Shown: one piece after another, positions 1 through 8,247 of the stretch
Position numbering within the stretch: position 1 is the stretch's first letter
How the letters are laid out: each line of letters opens with the position of its first letter
DNA from: Candidatus Forterrea multitransposorum CG_2015-17_Forterrea_25_41
Lineage (GTDB): Archaea > Iainarchaeota > Iainarchaeia > Iainarchaeales > CSSED10-239
Direction: 5' to 3'
Length of the DNA stretch: 64,000 nt
NCBI GenBank assembly: GCA_009392915.1
Contig: CP045477.1
Coordinates: forward strand, 192,001 to 256,000
Position numbers and translations under genes: made by a program
Notes under the pieces: generated by a model
Told to the model about the DNA's origin: nothing
The model's input: only the letters and a program-made list of their open reading frames with translations
The model's database searches: none

Positions 1-142
1 CTTCTTGTTTTTCTTCTGGTAATTTAAGATATTTAGAAACTCCTTTCATTCCATAACCTACCATTAAACAATGTTCAAGGTTTGCTTTTTCTTTAATATG
101 TTTGTTTAATATTTCTATAGTTTTTTCTTTTGTATTGTTCAT
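1..142 (-). CDS. HD-superfamily hydrolase-like protein, N-terminal fragment (gene runs off the left edge)
   Basis: Not in the ORF track because it is truncated. The reverse complement from the ATG at 142..140 reads MNNTKEKTIEILNKHIKEKANLEHCLMVGYGMKGVSKYLKLPEEKQE. The opening pattern L.KH...NL..H...M resembles N-termini of small HD/HDIG phosphohydrolases. This is a short, recollection-based call. Confidence 0.4.
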   Translation of the reverse strand, partial: MNNTKEKTIEILNKHIKEKANLEHCLMVGYGMKGVSKYLKLPEEKQE

Positions 143-154
143 ATTTTAAAACCT

Positions 155-3100
155 TTAATTTTGATATTTATATCTTACAATAACAATTCCAGAACCACCA
201 TTTCCACCATTTGCTGATGAATTTGTTGCTGATCCGTTTCCACCATTTCCTGTGTTTGCAGCAGCAGAAGATGCATCTGAGTGAGCATCACCACCTTTAG
301 CATAAGTGTTTCCCCAAATGGTCATACCAGGACCTCCATTAGGTACTGTTCCAGGTCCTCCCGCTCCTCCTCCTCCACCAGCTCCAACATTAACAACAGA
401 GGTTGCACCAGGATATCCAAATCCTGTATTAGGATACCCATCATTTGTACTTGGTTGTGTTGCACTTCCACCATTTGCAGGCACTGCACTATAAAGGTTT
501 GCACCTCCACCTGAACCACCTGATGTACCATCTCTGGAAGGATTATCTCTTGATCCTCCACCACCACCACCATATGCAATTAAATTTTTAAATACAGAAT
601 TATTTCCATTATTTCCTGTAAAGTCTTGATTTGTAGAACCTGTTCCTCCTGCTCCTACAGTAACAGTAATATTTCCAGTACTTGAAAGTGTGTAGTCTTC
701 AACATATACAAGACCTCCAGCACCTCCTCCTCCAGGATTTCTTAAAGTATTTGTTCCTGCTTTTCCAGCACCTCCACCACCACCAACAACTAAAACATCT
801 ACTTTTCCCTCTCCTAATGTTGTTACATTAAATGTTCCACTTGATGTAAAAGTATGATATTTATAGTCTCCAGAAGTTGTAACTGTTCCTCCTGTTGCTT
901 CTAAATATCCTTGATTTATTGTTAAGTTTATAGATGCTCCTGCTGTTTGATATTGATCATTTACTATTAAAGTTATCTTATGTTCTCCTGATGATAGATT
1001 AGTTGTTGAAAAGTTACAAGTTGAACTTAAAGTTCCATCTATATTTGAATCCCAATAACATGAATGGCTTCCAGATGGATTTGTAATTGTTGAATTAAAA
1101 GTTAGGTTTTCGCCATAATTATGTGTTGATGAGTTTGAGGGAGTATCAATTGTAACTGATATTGGATTAGGTATGCTACGCATAAATATCCAAGATATAC
1201 CTACAATTCCAATTTCTTCAACTCTTAATAAAGGAATTGTACCATCGGGATCAAATGAAGAAATACTGACTGATGTAAAATCTCCACTTGTTCCTGTTAC
1301 AACTGTTGAATTATTAATTATTAAATTTCCTGAATTTGAAGAATAAGATGCAGCAGTAGATCCTAATCCATAATAGACTCTTAATTGGTTTATGTCACTA
1401 GGTCCATTCCATGTATTCATTGTAAGTAATCCATTATCTGCAGGTCCACTATAGAAAAATGATAAAAATTCAGGTCTTCTTGTATAACTTGCAAAATTAA
1501 CATTTACTCCATCATTATAATGTGTATAATAATCTAGATTATAACCATATGTAGATAGATCTGTAGTTAATATACGGTTACCATTCCATGCAGGATAAGA
1601 TGAGTCATAAGTATTATCTGTTGAAAATGAAGAATACAACATCCAACCTCCTCCATTATCTTCCATATTACAATAAATTTGAGTTGGAACTCCGTCTTTT
1701 AATATCCAATAAACTCCGTTTGTAGCACTTGGATTGTTATTTTTAATATACATTGCAGAAGGTGCTGCTTTTTCTGAAGAACTTCCATCTAAATCTATAA
1801 TTGTTATTGAAATATTTTTATCTATAGTTTGTTCTTGATCAGTAACAGATAATGTTATTGTATGTTCTCCAACTGTTAAACTACTTGTTGAAAAATCACA
1901 ATTACTTGATAAACTTCCATCTATAGATGATACCCAAGAACAACTATAACTTCCGTTTTCATTTTCTATTTGAGAATTAAAATCAATTGCTTCTCCAAAA
2001 CTGAATGTTTGTAAGTTTGTAGGAGAATTAATATTTATTGTAAGTTCTTCAACATATTCATTTTTAGTATTATCATAAATTGCTTTAATTTCATTTAAAT
2101 TTAAACTTCTGCCATATAGTCTATAGTCTGAAATCATTCCTTTAAAATATCTTGTATTTGTAGAATTTATTCCAAATTTAACTCCTCCACCTTGTGTTTC
2201 ATAACTATAAATTTCTTCTAATGTTTTTTCTAAGTTTCCATTAATATAACCTTTTAAAGTTTTTAATGTTTCATCATATGTAACTGTATAATTAATCCAT
2301 TTATTTTCTTCAACAGGATCTGAAAGCTCATAAGTTGAATATCCTCCATCTAAATCTCTCCATCTTATTTCCATTTTTTTATCAACAGGATTAATACTAA
2401 CTCTAAGATTATTTTTTTGAGACCAAAAGAAACTTTCATGTTCTAAACTTTGATTTTCTGTATAATATATCCATCCATTTATTGTAAATGAACTATAATC
2501 ACCTACATTTGAAACATTAATATAATCATTAGCTCCATCTAAATTTAATTTAGAACTACTATTCCAATTTGCAGTTCCAACAATACTTCCATTATTAGAA
2601 TTTCCTGAATAATCGTATACTGTGCTTCCTTCTCCTTCATCTATTTTCCAATATCCAATTATTTGATAATCAATACAGTCAAGTACATTATAGTTATTTG
2701 TTTTAATAGGTTTTACAATTTCTCTCCCTTTATCTGTATTTAATTTTAATATATAATTTTCTTCAGGAGCACATACAACATCTATTTCTTTAGTTTCTTT
2801 TTTTTCAATAGTTATTGGTTCTTCAAAAAATATATTTTTATTTAAATATTCTGTATCAACAGCATCTGATGCAATAAAATAACTAGTTAATACTAAATCT
2901 TGATTAATATTGTTGTTTGAAAGTACAATACTTTGATTTACAACTTCTTCAATTAAGATTTCATCTCCAATTCTTTGTATCTCAATTATAGGAATATTAT
3001 TATTTTTATCCACAACACTAAATCTTAATTCTTCAAGTCCAGGCATAATATCAATGTAGTTATAAAAAAGAATATTATTATTATAATCAATATTATAAAG

Positions 3101-3463
3101 TAGACTTGTTTCTTGTCTATTAATTATAAGTGATCCTATTTGGCTTTGTGTTTTTAGATTTTCAATACTTCTTTTATTTTTAATTTCTTGTCTTAAATAA
3201 AGATTACTTGAGTTATTATCAACTGTAATTGGGTCACTTAAATCTAAATAAACTTCTTTATAGCTTCCAACTTCTGAATCTTTTAAATCTGTTAAAATAT
3301 CATTAATATATGCTAAGTTATCTCTGTTGTTTTTCATTCTTTGTGAATCTTCTAGAGTTCCAAAATAATTCATTGCAAAATAAATAAATATACCTAAAAA
3401 TATAATACTTACAAAAAGAATTGCTATTCCTGAAAATAAAGATGTTACTCCTTTTTGATTCAT
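155..3463 (-). CDS. Pilin-like (class III signal peptide) multidomain adhesin: LamG + 2 PKD/Ig-like + fibrinogen-like + C-terminal Gly-rich domain
   Basis: The N-terminus MNQKG/VTSLFSGIAILFVSIIF is basic-Gly followed by a hydrophobic helix. LamG/ConA-like motif: GYWKIDEGEGSTVYDYSGNSNNGSIVG...LDGANDYINV...FTINGWIY. PKD-like modules: SYSCSWVSSIDGSL...GEHTITLSVTDQEQT and SHSCYWDSNIDGTL...GEHKITLIVNDQYQT. Fibrinogen-like motif: NGVYWILKDGVPTQIYCNMEDNGGGWMLY. C-terminal domain: FTSSGTFNVT...VDVLVVGGGGGAG... Its start overlaps the stop of the upstream gene by 1 nt (TAATG). Confidence 0.85.
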   Translation of the reverse strand: MNQKGVTSLFSGIAILFVSIIFLGIFIYFAMNYFGTLEDSQRMKNNRDNLAYINDILTDLKDSEVGSYKEVYLDLSDPITVDNNSSNLYLRQEIKNKRSIENLKTQSQIGSLIINRQETSLLYNIDYNNNILFYNYIDIMPGLEELRFSVVDKNNNIPIIEIQRIGDEILIEEVVNQSIVLSNNNINQDLVLTSYFIASDAVDTEYLNKNIFFEEPITIEKKETKEIDVVCAPEENYILKLNTDKGREIVKPIKTNNYNVLDCIDYQIIGYWKIDEGEGSTVYDYSGNSNNGSIVGTANWNSSSKLNLDGANDYINVSNVGDYSSFTINGWIYYTENQSLEHESFFWSQKNNLRVSINPVDKKMEIRWRDLDGGYSTYELSDPVEENKWINYTVTYDETLKTLKGYINGNLEKTLEEIYSYETQGGGVKFGINSTNTRYFKGMISDYRLYGRSLNLNEIKAIYDNTKNEYVEELTININSPTNLQTFSFGEAIDFNSQIENENGSYSCSWVSSIDGSLSSNCDFSTSSLTVGEHTITLSVTDQEQTIDKNISITIIDLDGSSSEKAAPSAMYIKNNNPSATNGVYWILKDGVPTQIYCNMEDNGGGWMLYSSFSTDNTYDSSYPAWNGNRILTTDLSTYGYNLDYYTHYNDGVNVNFASYTRRPEFLSFFYSGPADNGLLTMNTWNGPSDINQLRVYYGLGSTAASYSSNSGNLIINNSTVVTGTSGDFTSVSISSFDPDGTIPLLRVEEIGIVGISWIFMRSIPNPISVTIDTPSNSSTHNYGENLTFNSTITNPSGSHSCYWDSNIDGTLSSTCNFSTTNLSSGEHKITLIVNDQYQTAGASINLTINQGYLEATGGTVTTSGDYKYHTFTSSGTFNVTTLGEGKVDVLVVGGGGGAGKAGTNTLRNPGGGGAGGLVYVEDYTLSSTGNITVTVGAGGTGSTNQDFTGNNGNNSVFKNLIAYGGGGGGSRDNPSRDGTSGGSGGGANLYSAVPANGGSATQPSTNDGYPNTGFGYPGATSVVNVGAGGGGGAGGPGTVPNGGPGMTIWGNTYAKGGDAHSDASSAAANTGNGGNGSATNSSANGGNGGSGIVIVRYKYQN

Positions 3464-3993
3464 TATTCTTCACTTTTATTAAAATCTAATAATTCTATTT
3501 CTATAATTATTTTATTTTCATCAAGATTATAATCTTGATAACTAAAAACATAATTTGTTTGTCCTTGATTTAAATTAATTAAATTACAATCTATGTTTAT
3601 TTGGGAATTATTGTTTATTGTTTTTTTAAAATAGGCTCTATTTGATTCTTTACTAACTTCAATATCTTTTATTGTAACTAATTGATCATCTCTAATCTCT
3701 GAGTTAAAGATTATTTCTCCTCTGATTTCATTTTGATTACAATCAATCTCTAAGACTTCTGGATTATATATTGTAATTTCTTTTGCTGAAAATCTAGATT
3801 TTGAAATTTCTTGAAAAGTATTTGAAATTAAATCTATGTTTTCAATCATTTGATCAAAATTATATTTTTCTTGATTTTTTTCAATAGTATCTTGCACCAT
3901 ATAAAGTATGCTTGAAAGAATGGCTATACTTACAAATATATATAGAAAGTATGAAAATAAATTTGCTGCTCCTTTTTCTTTTCTTAAAAACAT
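3463..3993 (-). CDS. Small pilin-like protein (class III signal peptide)
   Basis: The N-terminus MFLRKEKG/AANLFSYFLYIFVSIAILSSILYMV is followed by a ~140-aa polar domain. It lies between two pilin-like adhesin genes and is translationally coupled to the downstream one. Confidence 0.7.
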   Translation of the reverse strand: MFLRKEKGAANLFSYFLYIFVSIAILSSILYMVQDTIEKNQEKYNFDQMIENIDLISNTFQEISKSRFSAKEITIYNPEVLEIDCNQNEIRGEIIFNSEIRDDQLVTIKDIEVSKESNRAYFKKTINNNSQINIDCNLINLNQGQTNYVFSYQDYNLDENKIIIEIELLDFNKSEE

Positions 3994-4005
3994 ATTTTAA
4001 AACCT

Positions 4006-6414
4006 TTATTCTATATTTAAATTTAAATTTTCAGTAATAGTTTGTTCTTGATCTGTCACTGATAATGTTATTGTGTGTTCTCCAACAGACAATGTTGAAA
4101 TATTAATATCACAATTATCTAAAGAATATTGATTATTATATAGTTTTGAAACATCTTCTTGATCTATTGCTTCATCAAAAATTAAAATATCATCCATTTT
4201 ACCATTAAAAAAATGATCATAAGTTCCAACAACTCCATTATAAGCTATAGCAGCACCAATTGCAACTGGCAAGCTATTTGATATTGATCCATAAGTTCCA
4301 ATAGGAACACTAGCATCAAGAATTCCATTAATATAAAAATTTAAATCTTGGTTGTCTTTATAAGACATAATAACATTATACCAATTATTTTGAGCATATA
4401 GAGAACCACAATTACTACAACTTTTATAGTTACTTTGAGCATCATCAATACCAGAATAAATATCCCAATTACTAGAAACATTATTAATCATTAATTGCCA
4501 ACCTGCATAACTTCCTCCGGCACCTCTTCCTCTAGTATTAATTATTCTTTGATATCCAGAACCAGTAGGATTTATCCATGTTGATACAGTAATTTCATCT
4601 AAATTTGAACTAATATTATTATCTAAAGTTGCATAGCTTGAAGTTCCATTAAAACTTAATGCATTATTTTCTCTTCCAAATCTGTCTGTTGTTCTAGTTA
4701 CATTAAATAAAGTTCCGTCAATATTCCCTATATTATCATAAATAGTATCTCCTGTAGTTTCTTCAAATCTATATTCTGCATATGGTTTTTGATATGTTAA
4801 ATTTCCATCAATTGATGATGCCCAAGAACAAGAATAATTTCCTACATTATTTGTAATATTTGTATCTATTTCTATATTATCTCCTAAAGTATATACATTT
4901 GAATCAATATTTATTTCTGCATTTAAAGATGGATTTTCTACAGTTATATTTTTTGTTTCAGTAATAGTTTGTTCTTGATCGGTCACTGATAAAGTTATGG
5001 TGTGTTCTCCAACAGACAATGTTGAAATATTAATATCACAATTATTTGAAGAATATTGATTATTATATAGTTTTGAAACATCAGAACTAGAAATTCCATT
5101 ATTAAAAATAATAATATCATCTAACTTTCCATTAAAAAAATGATTAAAAGTTCCATACACTCCATTATATGCAACTGATGTCCCAATTGCTGTTGGTAAG
5201 CTGTTTGTTATATTTCCATATGGATCTAAATTTACACTTTCATCTAATTGTCCATCAACATAAAAATTAAGATTATTATCTTCATCAAAAGACATAACAA
5301 AATGATACCATTTTCCAAGTGTCAAACTATTTCCACAAGTGTTACAACCAGTAAATGGACTTGTTGAAGAATCAACTCCTGAATAAAGATAAAAATTACT
5401 AGTTGTATCATTAATTAATATTTGCCATCCTTCAACATCTGAAGCTGCAGATCCTCTTGTGTTTATAATTCTCTGATATGTACTAGATCCATTTGATAAA
5501 AACCATCCTGATATTGCAAATCTATTAAGTTCTTGACTTATATTATTATCTAATAAAACATAGCTTGAAGTTCCATTAAAGCTTAAAGCCTTATTTTCTC
5601 TTCCAAATCTATCTGTAGTTCTTGTAATGTTATATCCATTACCATCAATATTACCTATTAAATCATAAATTATATTTCCTGAAGTTTCATTAAAATCCCA
5701 TCTTGCATAAGGTGTTTTACTTGGTATTAAGTTTCCATCAATTGATGATGCCCAAGAACAAGAATAACTTCCAACAGGGTTATTTACTTCTGATGTGAAA
5801 TTAATTGGTTCTGAAAATAAGAAAGAAGTTGCTTCTATTGGATTTGAAATATCTATAGTTGTCACAGTTTCTATTGGATTTAGATTTGGTCTTTCTTTTT
5901 GAAGATTTAATTTTTCAGAAGAATCAATTTCTCTTAAAAAACTTATTTTGTTTCTACTTATTTTTTTAATATAAATAATTGTTTTTGTGTTATTAAGATA
6001 TATTCCTTGTTCTATATCTATTCCATTGATGTCTAAACCAACAATTAATTTTTCAAATTCTCTAAAAGTATAAATTTCTCCTTCTCTAATTAATTGTCCT
6101 TCTTTATAATAATTTCCAGAAATATTATGAAATATTTCTATTTTATCTAAATTAGAATCTGCTTCAAAACTTAAACCATCAAGGTCTATTACAAAAGAGA
6201 CAACAGATCCATTTGAATTTTCTAAAACTTCTTGTATTTTTCCTTGAATTTCTTCAATATACATTCTAGATTCTTCAAATTTTTGTTGTGAATTATTTCT
6301 TTCAATTGCAGGAACAACTCCTTGATAAATAAGTCCTACAACAGCAACAATAATAAATATAACTAAGATATAACTTAAAATTTCAGAAGCTCCTCTCTGA
6401 TTTAGTCTTTTCAT
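4006..6414 (-). CDS. Pilin-like (class III signal peptide) adhesin with a tandemly duplicated PKD-like + LamG module
   Basis: N-terminus: MKRLNQRG/ASEILSYILVIFIIVAVVGLIY. Two LamG-type modules: ARWDFNETSGNIIYDLIGNIDG...ALSFNGTSSYVLLD...FAISGWF and AEYRFEETTGDTIYDNIGNIDG...ALSFNGTSSYATLD...ITVSTWI. Each module is preceded by SYSCSWASSIDGNL and followed by CDINISTLSVGEHTITLSVTDQEQTIT. Confidence 0.85.
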   Translation of the reverse strand: MKRLNQRGASEILSYILVIFIIVAVVGLIYQGVVPAIERNNSQQKFEESRMYIEEIQGKIQEVLENSNGSVVSFVIDLDGLSFEADSNLDKIEIFHNISGNYYKEGQLIREGEIYTFREFEKLIVGLDINGIDIEQGIYLNNTKTIIYIKKISRNKISFLREIDSSEKLNLQKERPNLNPIETVTTIDISNPIEATSFLFSEPINFTSEVNNPVGSYSCSWASSIDGNLIPSKTPYARWDFNETSGNIIYDLIGNIDGNGYNITRTTDRFGRENKALSFNGTSSYVLLDNNISQELNRFAISGWFLSNGSSTYQRIINTRGSAASDVEGWQILINDTTSNFYLYSGVDSSTSPFTGCNTCGNSLTLGKWYHFVMSFDEDNNLNFYVDGQLDESVNLDPYGNITNSLPTAIGTSVAYNGVYGTFNHFFNGKLDDIIIFNNGISSSDVSKLYNNQYSSNNCDINISTLSVGEHTITLSVTDQEQTITETKNITVENPSLNAEINIDSNVYTLGDNIEIDTNITNNVGNYSCSWASSIDGNLTYQKPYAEYRFEETTGDTIYDNIGNIDGTLFNVTRTTDRFGRENNALSFNGTSSYATLDNNISSNLDEITVSTWINPTGSGYQRIINTRGRGAGGSYAGWQLMINNVSSNWDIYSGIDDAQSNYKSCSNCGSLYAQNNWYNVIMSYKDNQDLNFYINGILDASVPIGTYGSISNSLPVAIGAAIAYNGVVGTYDHFFNGKMDDILIFDEAIDQEDVSKLYNNQYSLDNCDINISTLSVGEHTITLSVTDQEQTITENLNLNIE
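4030..4155. repeat. 126-nt near-identical intragenic repeat, copy 1 (pairs with 4957..5082)
   Basis: Manual alignment gives 121/126 identical positions to 4957..5082. It encodes ..VSKLYNNQYS..CDINISTLSVGEHTITLSVTDQEQTIT. All five differences are synonymous on the coding strand. Confidence 0.9.
4957..5082. repeat. 126-nt near-identical intragenic repeat, copy 2 (927 nt = 309 codons from copy 1)
   Basis: See copy 1. A more diverged third copy (~55 nt, tagtttgttcttgatcagtaacagataatgttattgtatgttctccaac) lies at about 1825..1880 in the neighbouring adhesin gene. Confidence 0.9.
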
Positions 6415-6513
6415 AATTATTCTTTATTTTTAAATATATTTTACTAATATATTATATATGAAATCTTTATAAACATATTTAATCTATATTATATATACAA
6501 TACAAAATATTGT

Positions 6514-6586
6514 GGTCCGAATAGTGTAGTGGTTAGCATATGGGTCTGTGGATCCCATGACTCGGGTTCGAATCCCGGTTCGGACC
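6514..6586 (+). tRNA. tRNA-His (GUG) with genome-encoded G-1
   Basis: Manual cloverleaf. Acceptor GUCCGAA/UUCGGAC, with an extra 5' G (6514) pairing with discriminator C73. Anticodon loop CUGUGGA. T-arm UCGGG-UUCGAAU-CCCGG. It is a GC-rich island in AT-rich sequence. Confidence 0.9.
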
Positions 6587-6727
6587 CTCTTTATTCTTTT
6601 AAATTGTTTTAAAAATTATTTTTTCTATTTTTTTAAAAATATTTTTATATGTTTTGCCATTCATTTGTTTTTTTAAAAAAACAATCTATTTTTAAATCAT
6701 ATGATTTACTATATTTTTAAAATATAA

Positions 6728-6734
6728 AGGTGAT
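6728..6734 (+). promoter_or_regulatory. Shine-Dalgarno-like motif (AGGTGAT) 5 nt upstream of the rbcL ATG
   Basis: It matches the GGAGGUGAUC-type anti-SD complement. Similar GGTG/GGAGG motifs precede many genes here (8956, 10176, 33111, 35364, 36374, 40842, 49474, 63925). Confidence 0.5.
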
Positions 6735-6739
6735 ATATA

Positions 6740-8188
6740 ATGCACGAAGATCTTTTTAACACCCTAAACCCACATCAAAAAGCATATATTAATTTTGAAA
6801 TTCCAAATGTTAAAAATGGAGAATATATGTTATGTGCTTTCCATTTAAGACCTGGAGGAGATTTAAATATCTTACAAGCAGCTTGTGAAACAGCAGCTGA
6901 ATCTTCAACTGGTACAAATTTTTTAGTAAACACAGAAACTCCTTTTGCAAGAGAGATGAATGCTTTAGTTTATAAATTAGATTTAGAAAAAAGTTTAGTA
7001 TGGATAGCATATCCTTGGAGACTTTTTGATAGAGGAGGAAATGTTCAAAATATCTTAACATACATTGTAGGAAATGTTTTAGGTATGAAAGAAGTTTCTG
7101 CAATTAAACTTTTAGATGTTTGGTTTCCACCAGCTATGCTTGAACAATACGATGGACCTTCCTATACTTTAGATGATATGAGAAAATATTTAGATGTTTA
7201 TGATAGACCAATTTTAGGAACAATTATAAAACCAAAAATGGGTTTAACTTCAGCAGAATATGCAGAAGCATGCTATGATTTCTGGGTTGGTGGAGGAGAT
7301 TTTGTTAAAAATGATGAACCTCAAGCAAACCAAGATTTCTGTCCATATGATAAAATGGTAAAACATGTAAAAGAAGCTATGGATAAAGCTGTAAAAGAAA
7401 CTGGTCATAAAAAAGTACATTCTTTCAATGTTTCAGCTGCAGATTATGATACAATGATTGAAAGATGTGAAATGATTGTTAATGCAGGTTTTGAAAAAGG
7501 ATCTTATGCATTTTTAATAGATGGAACTACTGCAGGTTGGATGGCAGTTCAAACTTTAAGACGTAAATATCCTGATGTTTTCCTTCATTTCCATAGAGCA
7601 GGACATGGAGCATATACAAGACCTGAAAATCCAATTGGTTTTTCTGTTTTAGTATTATCTAAATTTGCAAGACTTGCAGGAGCTTCTGGTATTCATACAG
7701 GAACTGCAGGTGTAGGAAAAATGGCAGGTACTCCAACAGAAGATATTACAGCTGCAACTGGTATTTTAAAATTAGTCTCAGAAGGACATATTTTCCATCA
7801 ATCATGGTCAACTGTTCCTGAAAAAGATTTAGATGTTGTAAAGCTTGCACAAGAGGATGAAGCTCATCATGTTATCTTAGAAGATGATAGTTGGAGAGGT
7901 CTTAAAAAATGTACTCCAATAATCTCTGGTGGTCTAAATCCAACTCTTCTTAAACCATTTATTGATTTAATGGGTGGAGTTGATTTTATAACAACTATGG
8001 GTGCTGGTTGTCATGCTCATCCAAAAGGTACACAAGCAGGCGCTAAGGCTTTAGTTCAAGCATGTGAAGCATACCAGAAAGGAATTTCTATTGAAGAATA
8101 TTCAAAAGATAGACCTGAGCTTGCAGAAGCTATTGAGTTTTTTACAAAGAAAAAGCATGTTGATAACTTAAAGAAGGAGTTTTCTTAA
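6740..8188 (+). CDS. rbcL: Ribulose-1,5-bisphosphate carboxylase/oxygenase large subunit, form II/III
   Basis: Form II-type active-site motifs: TIIKPKMGL, GGGDFVKNDEPQANQ, FHRAGHGA, SGIHTGT, TPIISGG. There is also a ~29-aa insertion (STVPEKDLDVVKLAQEDEAHHVILEDDSWRGLK) where form II has a short GGMKA-like segment. Confidence 0.95.
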   Translation: MHEDLFNTLNPHQKAYINFEIPNVKNGEYMLCAFHLRPGGDLNILQAACETAAESSTGTNFLVNTETPFAREMNALVYKLDLEKSLVWIAYPWRLFDRGGNVQNILTYIVGNVLGMKEVSAIKLLDVWFPPAMLEQYDGPSYTLDDMRKYLDVYDRPILGTIIKPKMGLTSAEYAEACYDFWVGGGDFVKNDEPQANQDFCPYDKMVKHVKEAMDKAVKETGHKKVHSFNVSAADYDTMIERCEMIVNAGFEKGSYAFLIDGTTAGWMAVQTLRRKYPDVFLHFHRAGHGAYTRPENPIGFSVLVLSKFARLAGASGIHTGTAGVGKMAGTPTEDITAATGILKLVSEGHIFHQSWSTVPEKDLDVVKLAQEDEAHHVILEDDSWRGLKKCTPIISGGLNPTLLKPFIDLMGGVDFITTMGAGCHAHPKGTQAGAKALVQACEAYQKGISIEEYSKDRPELAEAIEFFTKKKHVDNLKKEFS

Positions 8189-8247
8189 ATTAATTTTTTT
8201 AAGAAAATCTTTTTCTTTTTTTCTTTGTTTTTTGGACAAGAGGTTTT

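Noticed and set aside
281-579. Three overlapping track ORFs (281..514 +, 306..494 +, 322..579 -) inside the 3' end of the 1102-aa gene
   Set aside because: They lie in the GGN/CCN-rich DNA encoding the Gly-rich domain, which stays open in several frames. Their products are Pro/Ser/Thr or Val/Glu low-complexity strings with no start context. The long frame with recognisable domains explains the region.
155-6414. Diversity-generating retroelement targeting the adhesin modules (near-identical repeat pairs could be TR/VR)
   Set aside because: There is no reverse transcriptase in the window. The five differences between the 126-nt copies are all synonymous rather than adenine-specific nonsynonymous changes in a variable ligand-binding site.
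6810-7103. 97-aa ORF antisense to rbcL. The same applies to antisense or alternate-frame ORFs at 15480..15665, 19257..19715, 25126..25530, 25657..25899, 29363..29629 and 33758..33964.
   Set aside because: All are embedded in confidently identified genes and have low-complexity, hydrophobic products. This is a typical artefact of AT-rich genomes, where stop codons are depleted on the antisense strand of Lys/Asn/Glu-rich genes.
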